IMG/VR virus record: IMGVR_UViG_3300036820_000002
Coordinates: 32,001 to 96,000 of that record
Length of the DNA stretch: 64,000 nt
DNA from: a virus
Strand: one strand, 5' to 3'
The notes below the pieces were generated by a model. It did not search any database. It was not told where the DNA came from and saw nothing but the letters and a program-made list of their open reading frames with translations. Below, one piece after another: positions 21,501-31,652 of this stretch (the stretch's first letter is position 1; every line of letters begins with the position of its first letter). Position numbers and translations under genes: made by a program.

Positions 21501-22755
21501 CGATGACCAGCACGTTCATCGCCGCGACTTCCATATCGGGGGCCACGTAGACATACTGGGGGACGCCGGCGATATTCGGGGTGTAGCTGACGGCGGTGCG
21601 GACCAGCCCGCCGCTCCCGGCGGCCGGGTACTCGCGCCAGTAGGAGCGGATGTCGTCAGCGGTCCCGATGTGGACGTTCGCGATCTGCGGGTTCTGCGTC
21701 CAGCTGGCAATGGTGAACAGCCAGTTCCCGGCGGTCGGCACACCCGAGCCCGGCCCGACCGACCCGGTCGGGGTCAGGCTCACCACCGTCGACTGCAGCG
21801 CCGGGGTGATGGCGGTGAAGGTAGTGCCCTGCCCGTAGCCGCCGGCCCACTGGTTGACCACGGCAGGTGCGGGCAGTGACCCGTAGCCGGCCAGGGTGCC
21901 AGCTCCGGTGAGGGCAGTCGTCCCGTGGAACGTCTGCAGCTGGAGACCGGGCACGACCTGGTGCCGGGCCCTCCCGAAGCGGCGCAGCCAGGTGGGCCCG
22001 GGGGCACGCTGGGGGGCGATCACCGTGCCGGGGACGCCGACTGCCCCGCCGGCGGTCAGCGTGCCGGTTCCCGCCAGCGTCGCGGTCTCGGTGAGGCCCA
22101 GGGTGTAGATGAGGGTGACCTGCCCGCCGGCGCCGCTGCCGCCGTTGCTGGGAAGGGTGTCCCGGGAGCCGCCGCCGCCGCCGGAGCCGGGAACGGTGCC
22201 GTTGGCCCCGGCAGCACCTGCGGTTCCTGATCCCGCGCCGCCTGCCGCTCCGCCGGGAGAACCGGAGCCTGCCGTCCCGCCAGCGCCGCCGCTGGCGGAG
22301 CCGCCGGTCCCGCCGGATCCGCCGGAGCTGCCCGCTCCCGCCGAGCCGCCGCCGCCGCCGCCGCCGCCTGTCCCGGTGCTGCCGGTTGACTTCCCGCCGC
22401 CGCCGGGACCTCCCGCGAACGCGACGGCATTGCTGCCGGCCGGGCCGCCGGTGCCTTCATTGGTCCCGGACCCGGACGCTCCCGCGTCAGCGGTGATAGA
22501 CGGGCTGGCCCCGGTGATGGTCGTGTTCGTGGATGTGCCGCCGGACCCGATGGTATAGGTCAGGACGGTGCTCACCACGACGCCGGGATAGTCCTGCGCG
22601 AATGCGCCGCCTCCCCCGCCCCCGCCGCCATGGTGGTTGGTGACGGAGCTGCTGCCGTCGCCGCCCTCGCCCCAGGCCTGCGCCGTCAGCGATCCGCTGA
22701 CGTAACCGGTGGGGGTAACCCAGGTTCCCGAGGAGGTGAAGGTGACGGTCGTCAC
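18568..22755 (-). CDS. Large minor tail protein (Gly-rich N-terminus, LamG-like domain)
   Basis: 1395 aa, WTDIS...LDNFDGALSP.N hub motif, YAWWPCDD/LamG-like segment; downstream of the tape measure. Confidence 0.75.
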   Translation of the reverse strand: MTTVTFTSSGTWVTPTGYVSGSLTAQAWGEGGDGSSSVTNHHGGGGGGGGAFAQDYPGVVVSTVLTYTIGSGGTSTNTTITGASPSITADAGASGSGTNEGTGGPAGSNAVAFAGGPGGGGKSTGSTGTGGGGGGGGSAGAGSSGGSGGTGGSASGGAGGTAGSGSPGGAAGGAGSGTAGAAGANGTVPGSGGGGGSRDTLPSNGGSGAGGQVTLIYTLGLTETATLAGTGTLTAGGAVGVPGTVIAPQRAPGPTWLRRFGRARHQVVPGLQLQTFHGTTALTGAGTLAGYGSLPAPAVVNQWAGGYGQGTTFTAITPALQSTVVSLTPTGSVGPGSGVPTAGNWLFTIASWTQNPQIANVHIGTADDIRSYWREYPAAGSGGLVRTAVSYTPNIAGVPQYVYVAPDMEVAAMNVLVIEVAGLGPWDTVAGTDTAYTGSGTSLSLSLGAPAAASFFLGATGGNNASSGQAFTPAGWTSLVTQTQTNGVNTLADNILTAAVLSSSLSAQSVSGSAGTAEAMSGFLVGVYTNAPSPVPAGNQAWPHIVAEAGFGSGFNTPDSEVTWTDISNRLWEWDEQTGIQFELGELQSTNLTLILDNFDGALSPLNSLSPYYPYCVPGTPVRLRMALGTLGGSTCNRWYVIARNATQWAEQIDDTFRRYCTVTGADIWAALSATPPTFYRSEVYEDAPYAWWPCDDQPGTAGVLPTALLNAALGNTNTLDVMLSSLGGIAQTPESLEGYAPDTLIPPTMPVYTTGALAGWMPGDPQSAISTVDTGNPQTATPGSAAWQASGQSGSTGSYGWYLSCNDSSFPPLSSGITAEGWFQFQFQAGPTGIGETDQPSPLQQQPLCPLTLIELATGSNPVAVLQLDDNGALHLITYSGGTGTSNLIYNGSDLRSGAWFMVSMTLTQTSWTVYVNGGATAEVSGTASGMTSAWTWLIANADMGSGGGGASGQVQHCGNTAIAHLALYPYVLPYYRIMDHYWAAITGFGQLPAPTSVQVTWTPQVPTTGNQVITTFSPDGSTNGGYTATTGVAASGVAVAVVPGGITSGPSAWATGTTVQRNDESGTGYASLWLGWQAVAPLIYAYTSSKVGAEEEAAVTCGSGAAFSGGYGGSATGTGVCQVAGGNGSPPPTVPSSVGDTVGQRIERLMRAGLCSSPNRCIDQAPLQVQSPGATGGGVQAGAGIQAIQQSDDGMLFVDNCNNLTYWQRPHLQSQYSSPVWALGPVTSAGQVPYYRAAEWITDPQRVWNAITVQPLSPTGASLPLLTPQDATAVNASQDQDGAQPYQVTSYLQSVTEMQSQANWLFSVYGTPQRRAAGIRIDAAPYPQAWQLVAGINVGDVVTMQDWQIGGGGTVYTYRVTAITRRISYGSHDSDVTGSVVLTLDHEPNNYWE

Positions 22756-22771
22756 GGCGGGTCACCTTTTC

Positions 22772-23167
22772 TCAGACGAGGGAGACGGAGATCCCGGCGG
22801 GCGCGATCTGGAAGGTGTCGCCGGTCGGTACCGAGATCGGCTGGCCGGTCCAGGTCCCGAAGAAATGGCGCAGCGGCGTCCCGGCGGTATCCCAGATCTC
22901 CAGTCCCGCCAGCGACCAGCTGCTGCCGGTATTGATCCAGGAGATGGTCCCTGAATTCGCGGTGGCGGCAGCGCTGACAGCATTCCAGGCAATAGCTGAC
23001 CCGCCGGTTGTGTAGCCGGACCCGCCGCCGAGCTCGGTCATGTCGGCGGTGGCCGTCGGGACGGTGGTGCCCAGCCGGAGATGGGTTGAGGTAACCGTGG
23101 TATAGGCCGAGTCATTGAGGATCGCGGCGAGGATATTTGTAGCGTCGACCTGGTCAAACATCGCCAT
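22772..23167 (-). CDS. Minor tail/virion protein
   Basis: TEL.GGSGY...IWD...GDTFQI..G.ISVSL pattern of small tail proteins. Confidence 0.65.
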   Translation of the reverse strand: MAMFDQVDATNILAAILNDSAYTTVTSTHLRLGTTVPTATADMTELGGGSGYTTGGSAIAWNAVSAAATANSGTISWINTGSSWSLAGLEIWDTAGTPLRHFFGTWTGQPISVPTGDTFQIAPAGISVSLV

Positions 23168-23176
23168 GAGAACTCC

Positions 23177-23770
23177 TTAGTTGAGTCCGCTGGCGACCAG
23201 CTGCTGCATGATGGCGGAATTGCTGGAGCTGGCGGTGGAGAATGTCACCGTGAAATACAGCCACTGGTTGACGGAGAAGTCGATGGTGGCCAGGTTCGCG
23301 GGGCCGCCCAGCACGGTCCCGCCGGCAGAGCCGGCGTTCTGGTAGCCGATGCTCATCGATGACCACAGGTTCGTGGACACGGAGCTGGTGCCGTAGCCGG
23401 CCCCGAAGCAGCTCACGATCAGCCGCCCCATGACGGTCGCGGAAGCAAAGGAAGTGCAGGTGAAGGCGTTCGCCGCAACCAGCGTGCTGCCTGATGCGGT
23501 GGTGGTGGACTGCGGGGAGGTGGCCAGCCCGGCGGTAATGATGGCGGTGGTCGCCGACCCTTGCCCGGAGAGGATGACCGCGAAGTCTGCTGACAGCGCC
23601 TGGTTGGTGCGGCCCTGCTGGAAGAAGCCGCCGAACAGTACCGGCTGCTGGTACTTCCCTGAGGCCCCGGCGACCAGGTTCTGCGCTCCGGAGGAGGAGG
23701 CGTTAGCGGTGGGGTAGGCGAACCCGGAGGAGAAGACGACTTCGCTCTGGGTCCCGGTATAGAAGGTCAC
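23177..23770 (-). CDS. Ser/Thr-rich virion protein
   Basis: Co-oriented, SD GAGG, beta-rich composition. Confidence 0.6.
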   Translation of the reverse strand: MTFYTGTQSEVVFSSGFAYPTANASSSGAQNLVAGASGKYQQPVLFGGFFQQGRTNQALSADFAVILSGQGSATTAIITAGLATSPQSTTTASGSTLVAANAFTCTSFASATVMGRLIVSCFGAGYGTSSVSTNLWSSMSIGYQNAGSAGGTVLGGPANLATIDFSVNQWLYFTVTFSTASSSNSAIMQQLVASGLN

Positions 23771-23779
23771 ATACCTCTC

Positions 23780-23965
23780 TCAGGGGGTGGCGCCAGCCAG
23801 GCCGGCGGTTGCGGTGATAGTGACGGTCCGGCAGCCCAGCCCGGCGTGATCATGGGGAAGAGGGCAGCAGCCGCACTGCAGCGAGGCGTGGGGCTGCGTG
23901 CCGTCGGTGACGGGTGCCTGCGTACCGCAGGTGTTGCAGGTGACAGTCAGCTCGTCAGTGGTCAT
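23780..23965 (-). CDS. Small Cys/His-rich protein
   Basis: CNTC, CGCC..HDH..C; overlaps the tape-measure stop. Confidence 0.5.
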   Translation of the reverse strand: MTTDELTVTCNTCGTQAPVTDGTQPHASLQCGCCPLPHDHAGLGCRTVTITATAGLAGATP

Positions 23966-26900
23966 GAGCCGTAGCCTTTCTGGGTCAGGCCGCTCTTGCG
24001 GTTCCGCTTGGACTGCTGCAGGATCTTGGCCTCGATCTCGGCGATCAGCTGCTTCATCTGGGCGTTGGACAGGGCCAGGTTGCCGCTGCCGGAGCCGGAG
24101 CCCATGTTGACGCTGACGGTGACGTTGTTCGTGGTGAAGGTTCCCGACTTCAGGTTGGGGGCTAGCACGCCGCCGTAGGCAGCCCCGGCCGCCTTCGCCC
24201 CGAATACGTTCGCGGCCTTGGTGATGGCGCCGTAGAGCTTGTTGATGGCCGCGATCTCGCCCTTGCCGCCGCCCTGCGCCTGGTTCGCTTTGGTCCCGAA
24301 CTGGTTCGCCGCCTTCTGCAGGCTGGCGTAGGCGGCGTTCACGGCGGCGACCTGGTTACCCCCGGTGCTACCCGCCCCGAGCAGTGACTGGGCCAGCGGG
24401 TCCGAGGACGGCCCGGCCTGAATCAGCTGATTGAGCAGGGACTTGTTGAGGTGGTCCTTGCCGAGGGCGCCGACGTCCTTGGTGAACTGCTTCAGGCTGC
24501 TGGTGTAAGTGCCCATCTGCTGCGCGACCGGCCCCTGGGTCGGGTCGATCTGGGCGAAGTTCAGCCCGCTGACCGCCGATGCGCTGGCAGCAGAGGCGCT
24601 GCCCTGTCCCAGGATTGCCTGCGCCTCCGGCAGCGCTGCCGGGCCTGCGCTGGCCAGCTGCTTGAGCAGGGTCTGGTTCAGGCCGCCCTTGGATAGCTCG
24701 CTGATCGCCGTGGTGAACTGCTGGATGCTGGTCAGGTAACTCTGCATCTGGTCGGCGATGCCGCCGTTAGAGGGATCCAGCTGAGCGAAACCCAGCCCGC
24801 TGACCACGTTCGCGGAGGTGGTCTTGGCGTAGCTGACCTCGTTCTTGATCCGGGTCACCAGGCTGGAGGCCAGGCTTGCGATACCTTTGGTGCCGTCGGC
24901 GTCCGCCAGCCCCGACGAGATGCCGCTGACCAGGGAGACGGCGATCTTCTTGCCGATCCCCGACTTCTCGATCGCCGCTTCCAGCTGCGCCTCCAGCTGC
25001 AGCAGCGCGGCGGACAGCGGCGGGTTCGGCTGGCTCGCGCCCGCCCCTCCGGTGGGACCGCCGCCGGCGGTCATCGGGGTGATTACCTCCGGGGAGCCGG
25101 TCCCGTTGTAGGCCATGGTCAGCCCCGGCATCAGCATGCCGCCGGCGTCGAACCAGCCGAACTGGAGCTTGTGTGCCATCGCGTTGCCGGGAGTGCCGTA
25201 GGTGCCGGAGATGTAGGCCATCTGCGAGGTGATCAGCGAGGCTGCCGTTTCCACCGGGGCCGACCCGAGCGCCCCGGCGATCTGGGCCGCCGAGTTCGCC
25301 CCCGTCACGGCCTGCATCATCGCCCCGACCCCCGGCGCGACGCCGCCGGCCGCGAAGCCCGGCACCCGGCCGGCCAGCAGCGGCGCGACCATGCCCACCA
25401 GGTGCTTGGGCACGACCGCCTCGCCGGGTTCCAGCATCGCCGGGATGATGTCGCCGCCGCCGTAGCCGGGGATCTTGCCGCCGGTCTGCTCAGCCAGGAC
25501 GTGGCCCGCGACAGGCCCGGAGGCACCGGGCATCGCCCCTCCGGGCCCGGAAGTGACGTAACGGAGATTGACGGTGACCGTCTTGTTCTGCACGGCATTC
25601 AGGGCCGCCTGGGCCGCGATGGCCCCGGCGGTGTTGGCCTGGATCAGCAGCCGCACCGTCTTGTCAGCAACCGACTGCACCGCATTCTTCGCTCTGGTCG
25701 CACCGGACGTGTCAGCACTGACAGCGAGCTTGATGTCCTTGCCGGAGATGCCGGCGATATCACTTTTGACCTTGTTGATGCCAGAGGTGTCCGCCTGGAC
25801 GCTCAGCCGGATGGTCTTCGGCGAGACGTCTGCGATCGCCGCTTGCGTCTGTGCAGTCCCGGCGGCGGTAGGGCCGGGGAAGATGGGCCTGGTTCCGAGC
25901 GCTGCTGCCGCATCTTCCGTCAGCTTCGACGGGACCAGGGTGGCGAGTTTGCCTTCCTTGGGGCCCAGCGGACTCGTGGAGGTAGTGTCGTGGGGTGTCA
26001 GGCTGGCCAGTGAGCGGCCGGAGATAATATCGCCGACGTCGCCGGTAGCGGCCTTGATACTCGCCGACGTGGCACCGTACCTTGTCATCGTCTGGCTGAC
26101 GACCGCCTGGATGGAGGCGAGATTCTGACCGGTGTCCCGCATGTTCTGCGCCAGCCCGGTCAGGGCGGCCTTATCGAAGGTTCCTGAACCCCGCTTCAGG
26201 GAGCCGGCAAACAGTCCGTATGCTGCTGCCGACCGGGTGACTGACGGGTCGGCACCGCTCAGGGCGGTGCTCAGGGAACTTCCGACGGCAGAGCTGAATC
26301 CCTGTGCCTGCGCACTGAGGTCAGAGGTTGCCTTGGTGCCGTCGGTAACGGTGGCGTTGTACTCTTTCTGGCTGCTTGCTACCTTATCGATAGCTTTGCT
26401 GATGTTCTTATAGTTCTGCGCCTGGGTCAGGGTGGGGTTATAGGCGGCTTGCGAGCCGAGTCCTGCCTGCTGGGCGATAGTGCTTATTTCCGCTAGCGCA
26501 GCCGGGCTCTGCTTTCCGTAAGGGAGGAGCTGTTTGGCCAGGTAGCCTCCCGCGCCTTCCATCTGGGTAGCGGTGATTCCCGGCTGCCCTCCCCAGCCGT
26601 AGGAAGTGGCGGCGGTACGCAGCCAGTCCATCATCGTCCCGGCCTGCTGGATCAGGCCGGGAGTAGTCGTAGAGGTAGAGCTCAGCGCCGCCCACGCGGA
26701 GGCACCCTGGGGGGTAGTGAATGACGTCAGTGCCTTGGCGAAGTTTTCCTGGTCCTTTTTCGAGCTGACCTTCGCTTCCTCAGCAGTATGTTCAGCGGCA
26801 GCTTTCGCGGTAGCTGTCTGGGGCTTGGCCGGGGGGACGCTCATGCCCGCCCCGAGCGTCTGTGCTGCCTGCAGTGACTGGTAGAGGCCGGTGATCGCGG

Positions 26901-29900
26901 TCGTACCCTCGGTCGCGTTCTGGAGAAGCAGGTCCTGGGACGTGTTGACGCTCGCCAGGGTGCCACCCAGGCCCTGAGCGGCGGTAACTGCACCGACGTT
27001 TACGCCGAACTGACCGGTATTCGCGTGCATCATCTGATAGCCGGTGGCCGCATTGAGGACTTGCTGCAGTGCGACGGGGGTGAGAGTGCCGTTCTTGCCG
27101 AAGGCAGTGGACATCTGTACGCCCGCCTGGTCCAGCAGTCCGTAGGCACCGGACAGGGACACGCCGCCGAGCTGCCCGCCCAGGTCCTGCTGTACCTGAG
27201 CTCCGGCGCCCAGGAAATTCGAGTACTGGGTCGCGAAGTTCATCAGGGAACCGAGATCGGTCCCTCTCGCGCCGCCAGAGACCAGCCCTTTCAGGTTCTG
27301 GATCGTGGTGGCGTCCCAGTTCCAGTTTGCGCCGGGGGCCGCTTGCGCGGCGACGGCCGTCTGGTTCATGGCATTGACCAGTTCGCTGCCGCCTTGCAGG
27401 AACGGCGCCTGGTTGATCTGCGTTTGCAGGCTCCCGGTAGCTGCCTGTGCCGGGGTCGGCTGCATAATCGCGCGCCCGGTGATATAGGCGCCGGCCGCAG
27501 CCAGCGCGATCTCCGGGGCGGACAAGCTGCCCAGGAAGCCGGCCGCACCGGTCCCGGCGACCATATCTCCTTCGGCGATCCCCAGGCTTGCCGCCTCGGC
27601 AGCGGTGGCCGGGTGGGCAACTGCCCCGAAGAAACCTCTTATGCCGGTTCCTGCTGTCGCGTCTCCTGCCGCTGTGCCTAGCACCCCGGCTCCGGCTAGC
27701 CCGAAAGCGGACAAGCCGCTCCCGATGCCCTCCAGTGCATTCCCAGCCAGGCCGCCGAGTGCACCGATTCCGCGTCCGACCGACCCGACCAGAGCGGGAC
27801 CGTACCGGCCCCCGGCTTCGGCGGCCAGTGCCGGGCCAAGCAGGCCCGCCTCGCCGAGCCAGCCGGTGGTCAGTGACAGCCCTTTGGTGAACGCATCGAG
27901 TGTGGACAGGATGTCACTGCCGACACCGGGCAGGTTGGGCGCGACGTTCATGAACGTCTTACCCAGATTGCCGAACACCTGACCGAATTGCTGCAGGTCA
28001 CCGACCCCGCCGGAGACTACCCCTGCGAGAGCCTTTCCGGCGCCTCCCTTGAAATCGAGGGTCATCCCGGCAGAGAACCGGTCCAGCATGTCGATTGTAT
28101 TCTGGCCCATTGACCAGAAATTCGACAAGCCGCCGGCAGCGTTGTCACTGGCAGCTTTCACCGAGTTGATCCCGGCACCCATCAGTTCCCAGACACCCGT
28201 GTCGGCCGAGTTCTGTGCTTTCTGCAGAGCGTCACCGAGTCCGAGGAACTGCCCGGATGTCTCGTTCAGTGCACCGGCTCCCAGGGACTGGGAGACGTCG
28301 TTGACAGCGACCAGCCGGTTCCACAGCGTCTGGCCGCCTTGCGCGCCGACGGCCATGGCGTTGCCCGCCGCGATAGCGGCCGGTCCGACCGTGGCCAGGA
28401 TCTCGTTGGTCGCCATCATTGCGTAGTGGAAACGCGGGTACCAGGTGCCAAGCCAGCTGAGCATCGCCGCAGACTGTACTCCCGAGGTGCCGAGACCGAA
28501 TCCGCTGCCGCCGCCCCCGCCGCCCCCGAACATAGCGGCGGCGGCTCCGCCTGCGCCGCCTACGCCGCTGCCGCCAGCTGCCGCCGCCAGGGCGGTAGTA
28601 AGACTGCTGCCGCCACTTCCCTGGACAACCCGCCTGGCTTGTGCTGCTGCTGCTGTAGCGGCGGCAGCGGCAGCACCGCTGTTCCAGCCGCCGCCAGCGC
28701 CTCCTGCTGTTGTTGCCGCTGTCGCGACACTGGAATAAATAACGGCGTTGGCGATAGCCTGCTGGGTCCTGGTGACTGCCGCCGTTGCTTTGCCCATCTC
28801 GGTAGCGACGGCAGCGCCTGTGATAAGAGACTGGTCTGAGATTTCCTTGGTGGCTGCGGCAACATCTCGCTGTGCTGCCGCCAGACGATAGGCGGCTGAT
28901 TCGGAAGGGAAAAACGTCTCATTCATTCTTTCCCAGGCATTTGCCACTTCCTGGGCCGAAGCTTTCGAGCGATTCCCGCTATTGATCAGGGCGTTATTGT
29001 AGGTCTCATTGCGGGTGGCGGCTTCAGTCCATGCAGCTTCCATTGCGGCAAGATTCCTGCGCTGCTCTTCAAAGTCGTCACCGGAAAGACCTCCGCTTCC
29101 GGCATTTCCTCCGCCGTTACCGGAGCCGCCGCCGCCGGTCCTGCCGCCGGATCCGCCGAACCCGCCAGTTCCGCCACTGGAGATAACGTTCTCCAGTTCA
29201 CTGATAGCGTCGTCCCAGTTGCCGCCGCCGAGGGCGAAACCGGAGCCGCCACCGCCCGCACCTCCTCCGGCCAGCGCGAAGACCCGCATGACCTCCGGCG
29301 CCTTCGCCTGGATGGCGTTCATCTTGACCAGGATCATGTCCAGGGCGCTGCCTTGGTCGGACAGGCTGGAGATGGCTATCCGGCTGGCAGCCGCCGTGCT
29401 GGCCCCGAGGTTGTCATAGGCGTCGGAGATGCGGCCTGCGGAGCTGGCGGAGGCATCTGCCATGTCACCGATGGCGGTGATGCTGTCATTCATCAGGTCG
29501 CCGGTCCTGGCTAGCACCAGCTGGTGCTGCTCATGGACGGCGGTGGCCCCGGCAACGGCTTCGCTGAGCCGCGCGTACTCCCCGGCATAGGCGGCGACCC
29601 GGCTTCCGCTGTCATCGGCCACCTGCCCGGCGTCGCCGATCGCACTGGAGACCGCAGCGACCGCCTCGCGGACCTCGCGGAGATCCCCCACGGAACTGCG
29701 CAGGTCCGCGAACTTCTCCCTGAGGCTGCCCGCCGCGTCGCCGGCCCCGCCCAGGACCGTCTTCATGTCCTCCCCGGCCGCCTTGATCAGCGCGAACGAG
29801 GGCGCCATCTCCCGGGCCATGACGATAGTGGCGGCAATAGCGCTGTTGACATCGGCGTGGATGCCGATGATCTGCTGCATGCCGCCGGTGTACTGAGAGA

Positions 29901-29952
29901 CGTCAGCGATGAATTTCTGCTCGACGGTAGGCAGGCCGCGTGACGGCATCAC
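23962..29952 (-). CDS. Tape measure protein
   Basis: 1996 aa Ala/Gly-rich helical protein; GG.IPGYGGGD.IPAMLEPGE.VV motif; position in the tail module. Confidence 0.85.
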   Translation of the reverse strand: MMPSRGLPTVEQKFIADVSQYTGGMQQIIGIHADVNSAIAATIVMAREMAPSFALIKAAGEDMKTVLGGAGDAAGSLREKFADLRSSVGDLREVREAVAAVSSAIGDAGQVADDSGSRVAAYAGEYARLSEAVAGATAVHEQHQLVLARTGDLMNDSITAIGDMADASASSAGRISDAYDNLGASTAAASRIAISSLSDQGSALDMILVKMNAIQAKAPEVMRVFALAGGGAGGGGSGFALGGGNWDDAISELENVISSGGTGGFGGSGGRTGGGGSGNGGGNAGSGGLSGDDFEEQRRNLAAMEAAWTEAATRNETYNNALINSGNRSKASAQEVANAWERMNETFFPSESAAYRLAAAQRDVAAATKEISDQSLITGAAVATEMGKATAAVTRTQQAIANAVIYSSVATAATTAGGAGGGWNSGAAAAAATAAAAQARRVVQGSGGSSLTTALAAAAGGSGVGGAGGAAAAMFGGGGGGGSGFGLGTSGVQSAAMLSWLGTWYPRFHYAMMATNEILATVGPAAIAAGNAMAVGAQGGQTLWNRLVAVNDVSQSLGAGALNETSGQFLGLGDALQKAQNSADTGVWELMGAGINSVKAASDNAAGGLSNFWSMGQNTIDMLDRFSAGMTLDFKGGAGKALAGVVSGGVGDLQQFGQVFGNLGKTFMNVAPNLPGVGSDILSTLDAFTKGLSLTTGWLGEAGLLGPALAAEAGGRYGPALVGSVGRGIGALGGLAGNALEGIGSGLSAFGLAGAGVLGTAAGDATAGTGIRGFFGAVAHPATAAEAASLGIAEGDMVAGTGAAGFLGSLSAPEIALAAAGAYITGRAIMQPTPAQAATGSLQTQINQAPFLQGGSELVNAMNQTAVAAQAAPGANWNWDATTIQNLKGLVSGGARGTDLGSLMNFATQYSNFLGAGAQVQQDLGGQLGGVSLSGAYGLLDQAGVQMSTAFGKNGTLTPVALQQVLNAATGYQMMHANTGQFGVNVGAVTAAQGLGGTLASVNTSQDLLLQNATEGTTAITGLYQSLQAAQTLGAGMSVPPAKPQTATAKAAAEHTAEEAKVSSKKDQENFAKALTSFTTPQGASAWAALSSTSTTTPGLIQQAGTMMDWLRTAATSYGWGGQPGITATQMEGAGGYLAKQLLPYGKQSPAALAEISTIAQQAGLGSQAAYNPTLTQAQNYKNISKAIDKVASSQKEYNATVTDGTKATSDLSAQAQGFSSAVGSSLSTALSGADPSVTRSAAAYGLFAGSLKRGSGTFDKAALTGLAQNMRDTGQNLASIQAVVSQTMTRYGATSASIKAATGDVGDIISGRSLASLTPHDTTSTSPLGPKEGKLATLVPSKLTEDAAAALGTRPIFPGPTAAGTAQTQAAIADVSPKTIRLSVQADTSGINKVKSDIAGISGKDIKLAVSADTSGATRAKNAVQSVADKTVRLLIQANTAGAIAAQAALNAVQNKTVTVNLRYVTSGPGGAMPGASGPVAGHVLAEQTGGKIPGYGGGDIIPAMLEPGEAVVPKHLVGMVAPLLAGRVPGFAAGGVAPGVGAMMQAVTGANSAAQIAGALGSAPVETAASLITSQMAYISGTYGTPGNAMAHKLQFGWFDAGGMLMPGLTMAYNGTGSPEVITPMTAGGGPTGGAGASQPNPPLSAALLQLEAQLEAAIEKSGIGKKIAVSLVSGISSGLADADGTKGIASLASSLVTRIKNEVSYAKTTSANVVSGLGFAQLDPSNGGIADQMQSYLTSIQQFTTAISELSKGGLNQTLLKQLASAGPAALPEAQAILGQGSASAASASAVSGLNFAQIDPTQGPVAQQMGTYTSSLKQFTKDVGALGKDHLNKSLLNQLIQAGPSSDPLAQSLLGAGSTGGNQVAAVNAAYASLQKAANQFGTKANQAQGGGKGEIAAINKLYGAITKAANVFGAKAAGAAYGGVLAPNLKSGTFTTNNVTVSVNMGSGSGSGNLALSNAQMKQLIAEIEAKILQQSKRNRKSGLTQKGYGS

Positions 29953-29995
29953 TCACCACCTCTGCAGAATGAGTATCTTGAGTTGTCTGTGTTTC

Positions 29996-30478
29996 TTACG
30001 GATCGTAGGGGCGGAAAGCCTCGATGGCTTCCTCCTGCAGGTCCCCGTCACGGATCGCGGCCTCAGTCGTCGGGCCCAGGTAAGGGTGCGGGGGAACCAC
30101 CAGGATCGTGTGGTACCAGGAGCCGCCCGTGTCGGTCCAGTGCAGGAATTTCTTGTTCACGGGCACGATGACGCACCCGAATTCGAGGATGCGGGAGTAT
30201 TCCGCGTCATTCCCGGCAATGGCGGTGGCCCGCATCCCTGAATGGGCGGGACGCACGTACATGCTGGACGCCAGGTTCCCCGAGGCGTAGGCCGGCGGGC
30301 GTCCCGGGCCCTGCCGGTACCATTCCCCGGGGGCGTGGGAGGACTGGCGCAGCGTGTCTTCCGCAGTCCGCAGCGCGACGTAGCGGGCCATCGCGGTGGC
30401 GGCAGCCGGGGCGCCGCCCCGGGTCAGCTGGGCGATGTCCTGCCAGAGGTCAAGGCTCTCCTCGAAGGTGATGCTCAC
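29996..30478 (-). CDS. HK97 gp10-like tail-completion protein
   Basis: G.PPA..SGNL..S...YSRILEFG...PHPYL.P. Confidence 0.65.
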   Translation of the reverse strand: MSITFEESLDLWQDIAQLTRGGAPAAATAMARYVALRTAEDTLRQSSHAPGEWYRQGPGRPPAYASGNLASSMYVRPAHSGMRATAIAGNDAEYSRILEFGCVIVPVNKKFLHWTDTGGSWYHTILVVPPHPYLGPTTEAAIRDGDLQEEAIEAFRPYDP

Positions 30479-31632
30479 GCTTTCTTTTTCTTCTCCATCC
30501 GGTCCAGCAGCTCCTCGATGGCGGGCTTCATGTAGAGCCGCGCGACCAGGTCGGCGTCATAAGACAGAGCGTGGTCGCGGAGGAGGTCGCGCAGCTCGCT
30601 GCGGCTGCCGTCACGGCGCTGCTGCCAGGCCTGCTCATAGGCTGCCGTGATCCCCGGTACCGACGGGCGGGTCCACCAGCCCTTGTGCACGCCGTTCCAG
30701 AAGGGTTCCCCGGGAACCTGGGTTCCCAGCGGGTTCAGCTCCTCCATCGCCGAGCAGGCGGTGGTGATCACCGGGGTGCCGCAGGCCTGCGCCTCGACGA
30801 CAGGCAGCCCGAAGCCCTCTCCGTAGGAGCAGTTGGTCAGCACGTCCAGGGCGCCGTACCAGCCCGCCAGCTCGCCGGGCTGGACCAGGCCGCAGGAGTA
30901 GCGGTACTGGTCCACGGCGCGGACCCGGTCGGTGATGCCGAGATTCTCGGCGAGGGCGTCCAGGTCCTGGCCTCCGTCGGTGTGAATGCCGGTATGCAGG
31001 GCCAGCAGCCCTTCGGGGTGGCGCTGCAGGAACTGCGCGAAGGCGAGCATCTGCTCGGGGATGGCCTTGCGGATCGCGTCGTTGTTAGCGGAGTTCATCC
31101 CCACGACGAAATCCCCCGGCTCGATGCCGAGGGCGGCGCGGGCCGCCTCCCGGTCGGCCGGGGGGGTGAAGACGGAGGTGTCGATGCCGTGAGGCACGTA
31201 AAGAGGGCGCAGTCCCGCTGTCGCGAACCGGTCATAGCCGAACCGCGACATCGCGATCAGCTCCGACCCGGCCGCGTCGACGACATGGCGGTCCGCCAGC
31301 GACATCGGGCGGCAGTCCGAGGGCAGCCAGTGTGCCAGCGGCAGCCCCTTGAGCACAGCGGGGTCCAGTACCCAGATGTCACCCAGGGTGATGACCAGGT
31401 CAGGCCTGAGCGCCTGCGCGTGCTGAGCGAGGGACTGGGAGCAATACGAGTGCCCGAACCCTGGCATCACGGTGACGTCCTGCCATCCGGTCGGGGACCC
31501 GGACAGCCCCCAGTAGGAACTTACCGTCACCGAGTGGCCCATCTGCGTCAGCTTGCGCACCCAGACTGCCGTCTGGGTGCCGTAGCCGCTCGCTGCCCAG
31601 GGGGCTGTTGAATGCCAGAGGATAGTGCTCAT
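30475..31632 (-). CDS. GT-B (GT4) glycosyltransferase
   Basis: SGYG.Q, VPHGID..F.P, EGFGLPVVEAQACGTPVI. Confidence 0.9.
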   Translation of the reverse strand: MSTILWHSTAPWAASGYGTQTAVWVRKLTQMGHSVTVSSYWGLSGSPTGWQDVTVMPGFGHSYCSQSLAQHAQALRPDLVITLGDIWVLDPAVLKGLPLAHWLPSDCRPMSLADRHVVDAAGSELIAMSRFGYDRFATAGLRPLYVPHGIDTSVFTPPADREAARAALGIEPGDFVVGMNSANNDAIRKAIPEQMLAFAQFLQRHPEGLLALHTGIHTDGGQDLDALAENLGITDRVRAVDQYRYSCGLVQPGELAGWYGALDVLTNCSYGEGFGLPVVEAQACGTPVITTACSAMEELNPLGTQVPGEPFWNGVHKGWWTRPSVPGITAAYEQAWQQRRDGSRSELRDLLRDHALSYDADLVARLYMKPAIEELLDRMEKKKKA

Positions 31633-31652
31633 GCGCGGTTCTTCTCCGGGGT

